64,000 nucleotides of DNA from Bacilli bacterium (GTDB taxonomy: Bacteria; Bacillota_I; Bacilli_A; RF39; UBA660). Positions 49,492 through 60,712 of this stretch are shown here, one piece after another. The DNA lies in NCBI GenBank assembly GCA_017432825.1, contig JAFRIJ010000003.1, positions 2,490-66,489 on the forward strand, given 5' to 3'. Numbering within the stretch: the stretch's first letter is position 1; each line of letters starts with the position of its first letter. A program made the translations under genes and the position numbers. The notes beneath the pieces are model-generated. The model had not been told where the DNA came from. It made no database searches and worked only from the letters and a program-made list of their open reading frames with translations.

Positions 49492-49860
49492 ATGATACAA
49501 CAGGAAAGTCGTTTAAAAGTGGCTGATAACTGTGGAGCTCGTGAATTACTTGTAATTAGAGTTCTTGGTGGAAGTAAAGTTAAAACTGGTAACATTGGTG
49601 ATGTTGTTGTCGGTACTGTTAAAAAAGCTACTCCTAATGGTACAATTGCTAAAGGAAAAGTTGTAAAGGCAGTTATCGTTAGAAGTAAGTTTGGTGTTAG
49701 AAGAGAAGACGGAAGTTATATCAAATTTGATGATAATGCTTGTGTATTAATCAGAGATGATAAAACTCCAGTTGGAACTCGTGTTTTAGGACCTGTAGCA
49801 CGTGAACTTAGAGATAAGGGTTATATGAAAATTGTTAGCTTGGCTAAAGATGTGTTATAG
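49492..49860 (+). CDS. rplN: 50S ribosomal protein L14
   Basis: [16 protein letters not shown]. Confidence 0.95.
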   Translation: MIQQESRLKVADNCGARELLVIRVLGGSKVKTGNIGDVVVGTVKKATPNGTIAKGKVVKAVIVRSKFGVRREDGSYIKFDDNACVLIRDDKTPVGTRVLGPVARELRDKGYMKIVSLAKDVL

Positions 49861-49889
49861 TCTCTAGAATATTAAAGGAGGAATACATA

Positions 49890-50213
49890 ATGAAAATTAA
49901 AACTGGTGATAAAGTTACTGTTATTGCTGGAGCTAATAAAGGTAAAGACGGTAAGGTTATCAAGGTATTAGGTGATAAGGTTATTATTGAAGGTGTTAAT
50001 ATTGTTACTAAACATGTTAAGCCAAAGAATAATAATGGTAATGGTGAAATCGTTAAAACTGAAGCTCCATTACATAGATCTAATGTTAAAGTAGTTGAAT
50101 CTGTTAAATCTAAGAAAACTACTAAAAAAGCTGAAACTAAAAAAGAAGTAAAAAAAGAAGCTAAAAGTACTAAGAAGAGTACTAAGAAAGCGTCTGAAAA
50201 AGAAGAAAAATAA
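49890..50213 (+). CDS. rplX: 50S ribosomal protein L24 (Lys-rich C-terminal extension)
   Basis: KIKTGDKVTVIAGANKGKDGKV KOW motif, then a KKTTKKAETKKEVKKEAKSTKK tail. Confidence 0.9.
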   Translation: MKIKTGDKVTVIAGANKGKDGKVIKVLGDKVIIEGVNIVTKHVKPKNNNGNGEIVKTEAPLHRSNVKVVESVKSKKTTKKAETKKEVKKEAKSTKKSTKKASEKEEK

Positions 50214-50254
50214 ATTAGATAATTTATTTAATTTGGAAGGAGGGTGGATTATTT

Positions 50255-50794
50255 ATGAACCGCCTAGAAGAAAAATATAAAACTGAAGTTGTTCCAAGTT
50301 TAAAATCTAAATATAATTATAGTACAGTTATGATGGTTCCTAAAATTGAGAAAATTGTTGTTAATATGGGTGTAGGGGACGCTACTCTTAATTCTAAATT
50401 ATTAGATGCAGCAATGACTGATTTGGAAAAAATAACTGGATTAAAGCCTGTTGCTACTACAGCTAAGAAATCTATTGCTGGATTTAAATTAAGAGCAGGT
50501 AATAAAATTGGTTGCAAGGTTACATTAAGAGGAGAAAGAATGTATACATTCTTAGATAAGTTAATTTCTATATCATTACCAAATGTTAGAGACTTTAGAG
50601 GATTATCTCCTAGAAGTTTTGATGGTAGAGGTAATTATACTATTGGTATTAAAGAACAATTAATTTTCCCTGAAATTAATTTTGATGAAGTTGTTAAGGT
50701 TAGAGGTATGGATATTGTTATTGTAACTAGTGCTAAAAGTAATGAAGAAGCTTATGATTTATTAAGTGAACTTGGAGTTCCTTTTAGGAAATAG
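50255..50794 (+). CDS. rplE: 50S ribosomal protein L5
   Basis: [14 protein letters not shown]... Confidence 0.95.
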   Translation: MNRLEEKYKTEVVPSLKSKYNYSTVMMVPKIEKIVVNMGVGDATLNSKLLDAAMTDLEKITGLKPVATTAKKSIAGFKLRAGNKIGCKVTLRGERMYTFLDKLISISLPNVRDFRGLSPRSFDGRGNYTIGIKEQLIFPEINFDEVVKVRGMDIVIVTSAKSNEEAYDLLSELGVPFRK

Positions 50795-50805
50795 GGAGGA
50801 ATATA

Positions 50806-50991
50806 ATGGCAAAAAAGTCAATGATTGTTAAATCACAAAGAAAACCTAAATTTAAGGTTAGAGAATATACTAGATGTCAAAGATGTGGTAGACCACATGC
50901 TGTTATGAGTAAGTTTGGTATTTGCCGTATTTGTTTTAGAGAATTAGCTTATAAGGGACAAATACCAGGTGTTAAAAAATCAAGTTGGTAA
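50806..50991 (+). CDS. rpsN: 30S ribosomal protein S14 type Z (zinc-binding, 61 aa)
   Basis: [10 protein letters not shown]...CRIC Cys4. Confidence 0.95.
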   Translation: MAKKSMIVKSQRKPKFKVREYTRCQRCGRPHAVMSKFGICRICFRELAYKGQIPGVKKSSW

Positions 50992-51043
50992 TTATATACG
51001 TTATAAATTAATAATTAATTTAAACTAAAGAAGGAGGGATTTT

Positions 51044-51436
51044 ATGACAGATCCAATCGCAGATATGCTTACTAGGATTCGTAATGCTAATCAAAATCGT
51101 GCTAAAGAAGTATCTATGCCTTCATCTAAGATGAAAGAACAAATAGCTACTATTTTAAAGGACGAAGGTTTTATTACAGATTTTAGTATTAATAAAGAAG
51201 ATGTTCATAGTACATTAACATTAACATTAAAATATGCTTCAAATAAAGAAAGAGTTATTACTGGACTTAAGAGAATTTCTAAACCAGGTTTAAGAGTTTA
51301 TGCTACGGCTTCAGAAATTCCTTATGTTTTAAATGGTCTAGGTATTGCTATTATTTCAACACCAAAAGGAGTTATGACTGATAAGTTAGCTCGTAAAAAT
51401 AATGTTGGTGGAGAAGTTATAGCATATATCTGGTAA
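51044..51436 (+). CDS. rpsH: 30S ribosomal protein S8
   Basis: [15 protein letters not shown]. Confidence 0.95.
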   Translation: MTDPIADMLTRIRNANQNRAKEVSMPSSKMKEQIATILKDEGFITDFSINKEDVHSTLTLTLKYASNKERVITGLKRISKPGLRVYATASEIPYVLNGLGIAIISTPKGVMTDKLARKNNVGGEVIAYIW

Positions 51437-51452
51437 TAGGAGGGATACTTAT

Positions 51453-51992
51453 ATGAGTCGTATTGGTAAGAGAGTTTTAACTATTCCAGCAGATGTTAAT
51501 GTTACATATAATGAGCATGTTTTAACAGTTAAGGGACCTAAAGGTGAATTATCTTTAAATATAATTCCAGATTTAGATATTAAAATTGATGGTACTGAAT
51601 TAACTGTTGTAAAATTAAATGAATTAAGTCATACTAGTGTAATGCAAGGTACAACTAATTCTAATATTGAAAATATGATTATTGGTGTTACTGAGGGTTA
51701 TACTCGTGGGTTAGAGATTATTGGTGTTGGTTATCGTTTTAATGTAAAAGGAAAAGTTTTACAAGTACAAGATGGTAAATCACATTTAGATAATTTAGAT
51801 GTTCCAGAAGGAATTCAAGTAAAAGCAATTAGTAATACAGAAATTGAATTAACTGGAATTGATAAGTGTGCAATAGGTCAATTTGCAGCTGAAATTAGAG
51901 CTTTAAGAAAACCTGAACCTTATAAGGGTAAAGGAATTCGTTATAAAGGTGAATTTGTTCGCCGTAAAGAAGGAAAGAAAGCATCTAAATAA
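51453..51992 (+). CDS. rplF: 50S ribosomal protein L6
   Basis: [12 protein letters not shown]... Confidence 0.95.
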   Translation: MSRIGKRVLTIPADVNVTYNEHVLTVKGPKGELSLNIIPDLDIKIDGTELTVVKLNELSHTSVMQGTTNSNIENMIIGVTEGYTRGLEIIGVGYRFNVKGKVLQVQDGKSHLDNLDVPEGIQVKAISNTEIELTGIDKCAIGQFAAEIRALRKPEPYKGKGIRYKGEFVRRKEGKKASK

Positions 51993-52009
51993 TAAGGAGT
52001 GGGGAATAT

Positions 52010-52372
52010 ATGATAAATAAAGTTTCAAGAAATGAAATGCGTTTAGAAAGACATAAAAGAATCAGAAATGATTTAGCTGGTACTGAAAAGAAACCTAGAC
52101 TTAATGTTTTTAGATCAAACGCTAATATTTCTGCTCAAATAATTGATGATACTAAAGGTGTTACTTTAGTTAGTGCTTCTACTTTAGAAAAAGAATTGAA
52201 GATTAAAAATGGTGGTAATGTTGAAGCTGCTAAATTAATTGGTGCAGAGATTGCAAAGAGAGCTAATAAAGCTAAAATTAAAGAAGTTGTTTTTGATAGA
52301 GGTGGATATTTATATCATGGACGTGTTAAGGCTTTAGCTGAAGCTGCACGTGAAAACGGCTTAGAATTCTAA
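52010..52372 (+). CDS. rplR: 50S ribosomal protein L18
   Basis: [18 protein letters not shown]. Confidence 0.9.
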   Translation: MINKVSRNEMRLERHKRIRNDLAGTEKKPRLNVFRSNANISAQIIDDTKGVTLVSASTLEKELKIKNGGNVEAAKLIGAEIAKRANKAKIKEVVFDRGGYLYHGRVKALAEAARENGLEF

Positions 52373-52386
52373 TAAGGAGGATACTT

Positions 52387-52995
52387 ATGAACGAGGAAAA
52401 TGTTAAGAACGAAGTTGTTACAGAAGTTGAAAATAAAGTAGAAAAAACAAATAAGTCTGATAAACATAGTAATAATAAACGTTCTCATCGTACAAATAAT
52501 TTTTCTAGACAAAAGAGTGATCTAGAAGAAAAAGTAATTGATATTAATCGTGTTACTAAAGTTGTAAAGGGTGGTCGCCAATTTCGTTTTTCTGCAACTG
52601 TCGTAGTTGGAAATAGAAAAGGAAAAGTTGGTTTAGGCACTGGTAAAGCTAAGGAAATGCCAGATGCTGTAAAGAAAGCTACTCAAGCTGCTTCTAAAAA
52701 CCTAATTACTATTGATTTAATTGATAATCGTACTATTTCTCATGAAATTATTTCTAAACAAGGTGCGGTTAGAGTTATGTTAAAGCCTGCTGCTGAAGGT
52801 ACTGGTGTTAAAGCTGGAGGTCCTGTTAGAGATGTTTTAGAACTTGCAGGTGTTAAGGATGTTTTGTCTAAGAGTCTTGGTTCAAGTACAAAGATTAATT
52901 CTGCTAGAGCTACTTTGAAAGCATTAAAGGAACAAAAGAGTCCAGCTCATGTTGCTATGCTTAGAGGAAAAACTATAGAGGAGATTAGAGGATAA
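52387..52995 (+). CDS. rpsE: 30S ribosomal protein S5 (with ~40-aa N-terminal extension)
   Basis: The core [21 protein letters not shown] is preceded by a basic/acidic N-terminal tail. It is followed directly by rplO, with no rpmD in between. Confidence 0.9.
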   Translation: MNEENVKNEVVTEVENKVEKTNKSDKHSNNKRSHRTNNFSRQKSDLEEKVIDINRVTKVVKGGRQFRFSATVVVGNRKGKVGLGTGKAKEMPDAVKKATQAASKNLITIDLIDNRTISHEIISKQGAVRVMLKPAAEGTGVKAGGPVRDVLELAGVKDVLSKSLGSSTKINSARATLKALKEQKSPAHVAMLRGKTIEEIRG

Positions 52996-53432
52996 TGAAA
53001 TTACATGAATTAAAACCTGCTTATGGTTCTACTCAATCTAAAAAGAGAGTGGGACGTGGTGGTAAATATAGTAAAACTGCAGGTAAAGGAGAAAAAGGAC
53101 AAAACGCAAGATCTGGTGGAGGAGTTAGACCAGGATTTGAAGGTGGTCAATTACCACTATTTAGAAGATTAGGTAAAAGAGGCTTTTCTAACGCAAGATT
53201 TAAGACTGTATATGCTTGTGTTAATGTTTCAGATTTAAATAAATTTGATGATAATACAGTTGTTAGTCCAGAATTATTAATTGAGTCTGGGTTAATTAAT
53301 AAAGAATTAAATGGAATAAAAATATTAGGAAATGGGGACTTATCTAAGAAACTTACTGTTCGTGCTAATAAATTTTCAAGTAGTGCAAAAGCTAAGATTG
53401 AGAAAATTGGTGGAAAAACAGAGGTGATTTAG
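52995..53432 (+). CDS. rplO: 50S ribosomal protein L15
   Basis: [12 protein letters not shown]...GRGG. Confidence 0.95.
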   Translation: MKLHELKPAYGSTQSKKRVGRGGKYSKTAGKGEKGQNARSGGGVRPGFEGGQLPLFRRLGKRGFSNARFKTVYACVNVSDLNKFDDNTVVSPELLIESGLINKELNGIKILGNGDLSKKLTVRANKFSSSAKAKIEKIGGKTEVI

Positions 53433-54689
53433 ATGTTTAAAAACCTTAAACTTATATTTAGCCCAAAAAATAAAGATATAAGAAAAAGATTGGGATTTAC
53501 GTTATTTTGTTTATTTATTTTTGTTGTTGGAACTACTATTCCTGTTCCAGGTATTACATCTTTAAAAAATGTAGATTTTGGTGATTTAGCTAATGCTATT
53601 ACTGGTGGTTCTCTAAGGAGATTTTCTATATTTGCTTTAGGTGTTATGCCATATATTTCTGCTACAATTATTACTAGTTTGTTGCAGATGGATATAATTC
53701 CTTATTTTACGGAATTAAAGGAAAGTGGTGCTCAAGGAAGACAAAAAATAAATACTATTAATAGATATTTAGGAATTGGTATTGCTTTTATTGAAGGATT
53801 TGGTATGTCATTTGCTCTTGTAAATGATGCTACTGCTATTGATTATTTGAGGATTACAATTATTTTGGTTGCTGGTACAGCATTCTTGTTGTGGCTTGGT
53901 GATCAAATGACTCAAAAGGGTATTGGTAATGGTATTTCTTTAATAATTATGGCTGGTATTCTTGCTACTATACCTAAATCGTTTGTTGATACATTTGAGG
54001 TATTAATATTAGATAATTCTTCATTGTTTTTGGGAATTATTGAATATTTATTATTTGTTATTGTATATTTAGCAATTATTGTTTTAGTTGTATTTGTTCA
54101 AGAATCTGAAAGACGTATTCCAATTCAATATTCAAATCAAACTGCTACATCATATGGTGCTAAGCAGAATTATATACCATTTAAGCTTAATAGTGCTAAT
54201 GTTATGCCAGTAATATTTGCATCTGTTATATTTACTGTTCCTACTTTTATAGCAGGACTTATGAATAGTGAAAATGGTTTTGTTACATTTGTTAATAAAT
54301 ATGTTAATTATACTACACCTTCTGGATTTGCTGTTTATATGGTTTTGATTATTGCTTTTAGTTTCTTGTATACGTTTATTCAAGTTAATCCAAGTGAATT
54401 ATCTAAGAATTTGTCTAGACAAGGTGGATATATTCCTGGAGTTAGACCTGGTAAAGAAACTATTAAATATATTAAAACTGTACTTGGTAGAATTACTTTA
54501 ATAGGATCAATATTTATTGCTGTAATAGCAGGACTTCCTATTGTTGTTTCAAGTTTTCTTTCAACTGATTTACCAACTAGTGTTAGTATTGGTGGTACTA
54601 GTGTATTAATTGTTGTTGGTGTTGCTTTAGAAACTTGTAGACAACTTGAAAGTAGTTTGATTAATAGAAATTATGGAAGAAGGGGATAA
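53433..54689 (+). CDS. secY: preprotein translocase subunit SecY
   Basis: 10 TM helices. The position after rplO and motifs such as GIMPYI(S/T)A fit SecY. Confidence 0.95.
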   Translation: MFKNLKLIFSPKNKDIRKRLGFTLFCLFIFVVGTTIPVPGITSLKNVDFGDLANAITGGSLRRFSIFALGVMPYISATIITSLLQMDIIPYFTELKESGAQGRQKINTINRYLGIGIAFIEGFGMSFALVNDATAIDYLRITIILVAGTAFLLWLGDQMTQKGIGNGISLIIMAGILATIPKSFVDTFEVLILDNSSLFLGIIEYLLFVIVYLAIIVLVVFVQESERRIPIQYSNQTATSYGAKQNYIPFKLNSANVMPVIFASVIFTVPTFIAGLMNSENGFVTFVNKYVNYTTPSGFAVYMVLIIAFSFLYTFIQVNPSELSKNLSRQGGYIPGVRPGKETIKYIKTVLGRITLIGSIFIAVIAGLPIVVSSFLSTDLPTSVSIGGTSVLIVVGVALETCRQLESSLINRNYGRRG

Positions 54690-54692
54690 ATA

Positions 54693-55349
54693 ATGAAAAA
54701 TATTATTTTTATAGCACCTCCTGGTGCTGGTAAGGGAACACAAGCTAAAATGGTTAGTGAAAAATATGGTATTCCACATATTTCTACTGGTGATTTACTT
54801 CGTGATGAAAGAAATTCTGGTAGTGAGTTAAGTGAAATGCTTAAACAAGAGATGGATAAAGGTAATTTAATAGATGATAATATTATTGTTCATTTATTAA
54901 GAGAAAGACTTAATAAAGTTGATTGTAATAATGGTTATATATTAGATGGTTATCCTAGAAGTGTTCTTCAATCTAAAATTTATGAGGATTTATTGTTAGA
55001 ACTTAATAAAGAAATTGGTATTGTTATTTATATGGATATTGATAAAGATTTGGCTCTTGAGAGAACTTTAAGCAGGTTAATTTGTTCTTCTTGTGGTGCT
55101 TCTTATAGTAGTGCTTCTTTAGAATTGAAACCTAAAATTGATGGCATTTGTGATAGATGTGGTCATATGCTTAGAGTTAGAGGAGATGATAATCCAGAGG
55201 TTTTCTCTAATAGATTTGATACTTATTTAAGAGAAACAAAGCCTTTGATTGATTATTATAATTCTTTAGGTATTTTAAAAACTATTACTGTTTTAAAAAA
55301 TGATACTGCACAAGATGTATTTAATAAGATTGAACAATTTTTAAAATAA
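54693..55349 (+). CDS. adk: adenylate kinase (zinc-binding lid)
   Basis: P-loop GAGKGTQA and LID Cys4 CSSCG...CDRCGH. Confidence 0.95.
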   Translation: MKNIIFIAPPGAGKGTQAKMVSEKYGIPHISTGDLLRDERNSGSELSEMLKQEMDKGNLIDDNIIVHLLRERLNKVDCNNGYILDGYPRSVLQSKIYEDLLLELNKEIGIVIYMDIDKDLALERTLSRLICSSCGASYSSASLELKPKIDGICDRCGHMLRVRGDDNPEVFSNRFDTYLRETKPLIDYYNSLGILKTITVLKNDTAQDVFNKIEQFLK

Positions 55350-55396
55350 ATTTAGGGATTTAATATTTAGGTGATTAATAACGGGAGATGATAAAA

Positions 55397-55615
55397 TTGA
55401 GTAAAAATGATGTTATTGAAACTGAAGGGAAAGTAATGGATGTTATTCCTGGAGGAAAATTCAAAGTTCTACTTGATGGTGGTCACATTGTTGAAGCCCA
55501 TGTTTCTGGTAAAATGCGCGTAAATAATATACGTATTTTACCAGGTGATAAAGTTGTTATAGAAATGTCACCTTACGATTTAACACATGGGCGTATAGTT
55601 TATAATAAAAAATAG
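55397..55615 (+). CDS. infA: translation initiation factor IF-1
   Basis: [12 protein letters not shown]... S1-like. The likely start is TTG at 55397 (RBS GGGAG 9 nt upstream). The in-frame ATG at 55388 abuts the RBS. No map gene lies between adk and infA. Confidence 0.85.
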   Translation: MSKNDVIETEGKVMDVIPGGKFKVLLDGGHIVEAHVSGKMRVNNIRILPGDKVVIEMSPYDLTHGRIVYNKK

Positions 55616-55626
55616 GAGGAATTAGA

Positions 55627-55740
55627 ATGAAAAGAAGAGCGTCAGTTAAACCTATTTGTGATAAATGCAAAGTAATAAAAAGAAAAGGCAAAGTTATGGT
55701 TATTTGTGAAAATCCAAAACATAAGCAAACACAAGGTTAA
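55627..55740 (+). CDS. rpmJ: 50S ribosomal protein L36
   Basis: [37 protein letters not shown] with RBS AGGAGG. It is absent from the ORF track because it is under 60 aa. Confidence 0.9.
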   Translation: MKRRASVKPICDKCKVIKRKGKVMVICENPKHKQTQG

Positions 55741-55757
55741 TAAGGAGGAATTGATTT

Positions 55758-56123
55758 ATGGCACGTATAAAAGGTGTTGATATACCTGATAATAAAAGAA
55801 TTGAGATTTCTTTAACTTATATTCATGGTGTTGGTAGAAGTTTATCTAATACTATTTTAAAGAACGCTAAAGTGGATATAAATAAGAAAACTAAAGATTT
55901 AACTGAAGATGAATTATCTAATATTAGAAATGAATTAGATAAGTATTCAGTTGAAGGTGATTTAAGAAGAGAAGTTGCTCTATCAATTAAAACTTTAAAA
56001 GAAATTGGTTGTTATAGAGGTAAGAGACATATAAAGGGATTACCTGTTAGAGGCCAAAGAACTAATAGAAATGCTAGAACTCGTAAGGGTAAAGGTAAGA
56101 CTATTGCTAATAAGAAAAAATAA
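55758..56123 (+). CDS. rpsM: 30S ribosomal protein S13
   Basis: [14 protein letters not shown]. Confidence 0.95.
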   Translation: MARIKGVDIPDNKRIEISLTYIHGVGRSLSNTILKNAKVDINKKTKDLTEDELSNIRNELDKYSVEGDLRREVALSIKTLKEIGCYRGKRHIKGLPVRGQRTNRNARTRKGKGKTIANKKK

Positions 56124-56149
56124 TAATTAATTAAAGGAGGTTAACTTTT

Positions 56150-56542
56150 ATGGCTAACGGAAAATATAATGCAAGAAAACGTAAAGTAAAAAAGAATGTA
56201 CCTAATGGTGTTGTACATATTAAATCTACTTTTAATAATACTGTTGTTACTATTACTGATACTCTAGGTAATACATTATGTTGGGCTTCTTCTGGTACTC
56301 AAGGAATTAAAGGTAGTAAGAAGTCTACACCATTTGCTGCAAGTAAGAGCGCTGAAATGGCTGGTGCTAAAGCAGTTGAAATGGGTATGAAAAAAGTTGA
56401 AGTAGAAGTAAAAGGATTGGGAGCAGGTCGTGAATCTGCTATTAGAGCTTTACAAGCTACAGGATTAGAGGTTACTAAGATAACTGATAATACACCAATC
56501 CCACATAATGGATGTCGTCCACCAAAAAAACGTCGTGGATAA
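56150..56542 (+). CDS. rpsK: 30S ribosomal protein S11
   Basis: [18 protein letters not shown]. Confidence 0.95.
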   Translation: MANGKYNARKRKVKKNVPNGVVHIKSTFNNTVVTITDTLGNTLCWASSGTQGIKGSKKSTPFAASKSAEMAGAKAVEMGMKKVEVEVKGLGAGRESAIRALQATGLEVTKITDNTPIPHNGCRPPKKRRG

Positions 56543-56563
56543 TTAGAAAGGGAGTGTATAGTG

Positions 56564-57520
56564 ATGTTAAAGTTTGAAAAACCTAATTATAAAGTAAAGG
56601 AATATATTGAAAGTGATAATTATGGTAAATTTGAAATTGAACCACTTGAAAGAGGTTTTGGTACAACTTTAGGAAATGCTTTAAGAAGAACAATGTTATC
56701 TTCATTACCTGGTGATGCTATTACTAGTGTTAAGATTGATGGTGTTTTACATGAATTTCAAAAAATCGATGGTGTAATAGAAGATGTTACTGCTATTGTT
56801 CTTAATTTGAAGAGTGTTGTTATTAAGAATCATTCTGATGATTATAGTTTAATGTTAAGACTTAATTCTTCTAAAGAAGGAGAAGTTTATGCTAGAGATA
56901 TTGAATGTGATACTGATATAGAGATACTTAATCCTGATCAATTAATTTGTACTTTAGTTGAGGGTGGAAGTATTAATATGGAAATGACTATTTCTAATGG
57001 TCGTGGTAGTCATGTTGCTGAAGAAAATAAAGTTTTATTTGGTGATAATGCTAAACAAAATGTTATATTTATTGATAGTTTATATTCTCCAATTGAAAGA
57101 ATTAATTATGAAGTTGAATCTGCACGTGTTGGACAAGATAATAATTATGATAAATTAATATTAGAAGTTTGGACTAATGGTTCAATTACTCCTGAAGAGT
57201 CAGTAGCACTTGCTAGTAGAATATTAATTGAACATTTTGAAATATTAGCAGATTTAAATGAAATAGCTGATGAAACTGGTCTTATGTCTTCTAAAGCAGA
57301 AGATCCTAATCAAAAAGCATTAGAAACTTCTATTGATGATTTAGATTTATCTGTAAGAGCATATAATTGTTTAAAGAGAGCAGGTATATTAACTCTTAGA
57401 GATTTAACTGATAAATCTGAAAACGAAATGATGAAGATACGTAATTTAGGTAAAAAATCATTAAAAGAGGTTATTGATAAAGTTAGAAGTATGGGTCTTA
57501 ATTTTAGAGATGATGACTAA
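56564..57520 (+). CDS. rpoA: DNA-directed RNA polymerase alpha subunit
   Basis: [20 protein letters not shown], and a C-terminal alphaCTD ([16 protein letters not shown]). Confidence 0.95.
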   Translation: MLKFEKPNYKVKEYIESDNYGKFEIEPLERGFGTTLGNALRRTMLSSLPGDAITSVKIDGVLHEFQKIDGVIEDVTAIVLNLKSVVIKNHSDDYSLMLRLNSSKEGEVYARDIECDTDIEILNPDQLICTLVEGGSINMEMTISNGRGSHVAEENKVLFGDNAKQNVIFIDSLYSPIERINYEVESARVGQDNNYDKLILEVWTNGSITPEESVALASRILIEHFEILADLNEIADETGLMSSKAEDPNQKALETSIDDLDLSVRAYNCLKRAGILTLRDLTDKSENEMMKIRNLGKKSLKEVIDKVRSMGLNFRDDD

Positions 57521-57534
57521 GAAAGGATGGTATT

Positions 57535-57879
57535 ATGGCTTATAGAAAATTAGGAAGAAATAATAAACATAGAAGAAGTATGCTATCTACATTAACTAAG
57601 CAATTAATTCAAAATGAAAGTATTACTACTACTGAAACTAGAGCTAAGGAAGTAAGAAAATATTTTGATAAAATGGTTAGTTATGGTAAAAAGAATACTT
57701 TAGTATCTAGAAGATGCGCTTTGGCTTTCTTAAATAATGATGAAGCTTGTGTTAATAAGGTGTTTAATGACTTTACTAAACGTTATGCTTCTAGAAATGG
57801 TGGATATACTAGAATTATTAAAACTGCTGAAAGACGTGGAGATAATTCTTTGATGGTTATATTAGAGTTAGTAAAATAG
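57535..57879 (+). CDS. rplQ: 50S ribosomal protein L17
   Basis: [16 protein letters not shown]. Confidence 0.95.
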   Translation: MAYRKLGRNNKHRRSMLSTLTKQLIQNESITTTETRAKEVRKYFDKMVSYGKKNTLVSRRCALAFLNNDEACVNKVFNDFTKRYASRNGGYTRIIKTAERRGDNSLMVILELVK

Positions 57880-57881
57880 AT

Positions 57882-57906
57882 ATCTTTATGATATCTTTTT
57901 TATTGC
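57882..57906 (+). terminator. intrinsic terminator AGATATC-TTTAT-GATATCT + T6 (end of alpha operon)
   Basis: Hairpin plus T-tract. Confidence 0.6.
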
Positions 57907-58007
57907 GTAATTATTTTTTTTTTGTTACAATATTATTGAATAGAATAGTATAGTATTTTGTCTATTTTTGTGTTATTATATATATAGTAGAGTAAGAGGT
58001 GTTTTTT

Positions 58008-58886
58008 ATGGTAAGTAGAGTAGATAAATATAATGATAGTGATTATTCTGAAGATACTTCTAATCAGTCCAGACTTACACGTAATTCTAGATTATATCAA
58101 GAAGTTTACGATAAAACTGGTGATTTAAAAAACTTGCCTTTAGCTGATAATTCAAGAGATATTGATATTAGCAAATTAAAAGAAATTATTTCTAATATGG
58201 ATGATGAAAATAAATCTGATATTTCTAAAGATTATGATTCTTCATTTTGGGAAAATAAGAAAAGAAATATTGATGAGAATAAGATTTATGACATTAATAA
58301 ATTGTTGGAAAAAGCTAAGTATGAGAATGGTAAATTAAAGGAAACTCATAGTGATTTGTTAAAAACTAGTAAGCATATTTTGTCGAAGCTTGATATTGAT
58401 GATGATTTTAAAATTGAAGATGATACTATAATTAATGAAGATGATGATAATGCTATTAATAATGATTTAGAAATGACTAGAGAAATTAAATTTCATTCTA
58501 AAAATAAATCTGTTGATCCATTAATTGAACAGGTGATGCCAGATAATGATTTGGCTATGGATTTATTTTTTGATTTGAAACCTACTGGTGATACTATTGT
58601 TACCGAACCTATAAGAGAAGATAGATTAAGTGATAGTCAAGAAATTGATTTAAAAAAGATTGAAGATACTAGTGATATAGATGTTATTAAGGATAACACT
58701 AAGCGTATTGATAAGGATTTCTTTACTAGTTCTTATGAATTTTCTTCTAAAGATTTTTCAGATGATGATGATTTTGAAGATGATAGTAAAGGAAATATTA
58801 TTAAAATAATTTTTCTTATTATTGGTATTTTACTTCTTGTAGGTGTTATTGTTTATTTTGTTATTAATTTTGGTTTTGGTAATTAA
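58008..58886 (+). CDS. acidic tail-anchored membrane protein, function unknown
   Basis: RBS AAGAGGTG. The protein is mostly acidic low-complexity (D/E/N/K-rich) with a single C-terminal TM (IIKIIFLIIGILLLVGVIVYFVI). Confidence 0.45.
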   Translation: MVSRVDKYNDSDYSEDTSNQSRLTRNSRLYQEVYDKTGDLKNLPLADNSRDIDISKLKEIISNMDDENKSDISKDYDSSFWENKKRNIDENKIYDINKLLEKAKYENGKLKETHSDLLKTSKHILSKLDIDDDFKIEDDTIINEDDDNAINNDLEMTREIKFHSKNKSVDPLIEQVMPDNDLAMDLFFDLKPTGDTIVTEPIREDRLSDSQEIDLKKIEDTSDIDVIKDNTKRIDKDFFTSSYEFSSKDFSDDDDFEDDSKGNIIKIIFLIIGILLLVGVIVYFVINFGFGN

Positions 58887-58960
58887 GAATTTAATAATTA
58901 ATTTAAATTCTTTTTTATTTTTATTATTTTGTGTTATACTATATTTAGGTGGTATGTAGT

Positions 58961-60712
58961 ATGAGTCGTAAAAAGAATAAAAGAAGAAAGTTAAAAAGAT
59001 GGTGTAAGATTTTATTAATTTTTCTTTTTGTAATATTATTGGGTTTGGTTGGCATATATTTTATTATGGAAAATGATAGTTTTATTAAGATTTCAAAAGA
59101 ATATGATGTTTTTTTAGCAAGTGATAGTAATGTTATTCATACTTTAATTAAAAATGACGAAGATAAATATGTTTCGGGTGATGATCTTGTTAGAGGGACT
59201 TCTGTTAAAACAAAGAATAATATTATTGAAAATGATGATATAAAATATAAAGAGATTTTTTATGATGATAAGACTTATTATGTTAATAATGATAATATTG
59301 TTTCTTCTTTAAAGAAATGTGTTAAGGAAGAAAAAATGTATGTTAAAATTCCTTCTACTGCTGTTAATGCTTTGGATGATATAAAGATTGTTTTTTCAAC
59401 TTCTAAGGGAGATGAATTAGAAATACTTGATTTTGATTCTTTAGATGAGAAAGGTAATGTTAATAGATATAAAGTAAAGTTTAATGATAAGGAAGGATAT
59501 GTAGATGGTAAGTATTTAGTTAATTCATTAGAAGATGCTAAATCTAAATATAATCAAGATATGTATGATAATATTTATTCTAAGGTATCAAATAATTATG
59601 GTGGTGGAGATGCTTCTAAAATTGATATATATCCTCATGATAAAGTTATATTTAAAGATAATGAGATGCCTAAATCTGTGTATTCTTTATATTTAAATTG
59701 TGGTAGCGAGGTTATTAATAATATTGATACTTATATAGATTTTGCTAAAAGTACTAAGATTAATGCTTTTGTAGTTGATATTAAAGATAATGAAACTCCT
59801 GCTTATCCTGCTGATACTTTTAAGGAATTAAGTCCTACTAATTATGATAAGGCTATTAATTCTTATGAAAAGTATAAAGAAGCTATTGATAAACTTAAAA
59901 AAGCTGGTTTTTATGTAATTGGTAGAATTACAACTTTTAAAGATAGTTGTTATATTAATGATAATCCTAGTGCTGCTATTCTTAATACTAATACTGGTAA
60001 ACCTTATTATCATAATGGATCATATTGGCCTAGTGCTTATAATAGGGATGTGTGGTACTATAATGTTAGATTAGCTAAAGAATCTGTTTTAAAATTTGGA
60101 TTTAATGAAATTAATTTTGATTATGTAAGATTTCCTGATCGTATGCAAAGCGTTTCTAGTATTATTGATTTGAAGAATACTTATAATGAAGATAAAATAG
60201 TTGCTATTGAACGATTTGTTAGATATGCTGCTGATGAGTTACATAGATTAAATGTATATGTTTCTATTGATGTTTTTGGGGAATCTTCTAATGGAACATA
60301 TACTACTGCTTATGGACAATATTGGCCTGCTATTAGTAATGAAGCTGATGTTATTAGTGGTATGCCTTATCCAGATCATTTTGCTAATTTTTCTTATGGT
60401 ATCAATAGACCTTGGAATAGTCCATATAAGTTACTTAATGCTTGGGGTAGAGCTGTAATGGATAGACAAAAGGAAACTATATCTCCAGCTAAGGTTCGTA
60501 CTTGGATTCAGGCCTATGATGTTATGTCATATGTTGATTCTAATGGAATTAATTATAATTCTAATGAGGTTATGGCAGAAATAAAAGGATTGTTTGATGC
60601 AAATATTAAGGATGGTTATATTACTTGGTTAGCTAATTCTAATATAAATAAATATAGGCAACAAAAGGGTGCTTATGATGTAGATTACTGGGAGGAATAC
60701 AATAATGGTTAA
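58961..60712 (+). CDS. putative glycoside-hydrolase-like TIM-barrel protein (YngK/DUF4015 GHL10-like), N-terminally membrane-anchored
   Basis: N-terminal TM. NAFVVDIKDNE...GFYVIGRITTFKD...FNEINFDYVRFPD resembles the GHL10/YngK family pattern (D[FY][IV]R[FY]P). Confidence 0.4.
   Translation: MSRKKNKRRKLKRWCKILLIFLFVILLGLVGIYFIMENDSFIKISKEYDVFLASDSNVIHTLIKNDEDKYVSGDDLVRGTSVKTKNNIIENDDIKYKEIFYDDKTYYVNNDNIVSSLKKCVKEEKMYVKIPSTAVNALDDIKIVFSTSKGDELEILDFDSLDEKGNVNRYKVKFNDKEGYVDGKYLVNSLEDAKSKYNQDMYDNIYSKVSNNYGGGDASKIDIYPHDKVIFKDNEMPKSVYSLYLNCGSEVINNIDTYIDFAKSTKINAFVVDIKDNETPAYPADTFKELSPTNYDKAINSYEKYKEAIDKLKKAGFYVIGRITTFKDSCYINDNPSAAILNTNTGKPYYHNGSYWPSAYNRDVWYYNVRLAKESVLKFGFNEINFDYVRFPDRMQSVSSIIDLKNTYNEDKIVAIERFVRYAADELHRLNVYVSIDVFGESSNGTYTTAYGQYWPAISNEADVISGMPYPDHFANFSYGINRPWNSPYKLLNAWGRAVMDRQKETISPAKVRTWIQAYDVMSYVDSNGINYNSNEVMAEIKGLFDANIKDGYITWLANSNINKYRQQKGAYDVDYWEEYNNG

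Noticed and set aside
54150-54383. 77-aa minus-strand ORF inside secY
   Set aside because: It is antisense to secY, with no independent support.
55388-55396. ATG at 55388 as the infA start
   Set aside because: It immediately abuts the GGGAG Shine-Dalgarno (zero spacing). TTG at 55397 gives canonical 9-nt spacing and a 72-aa IF-1.
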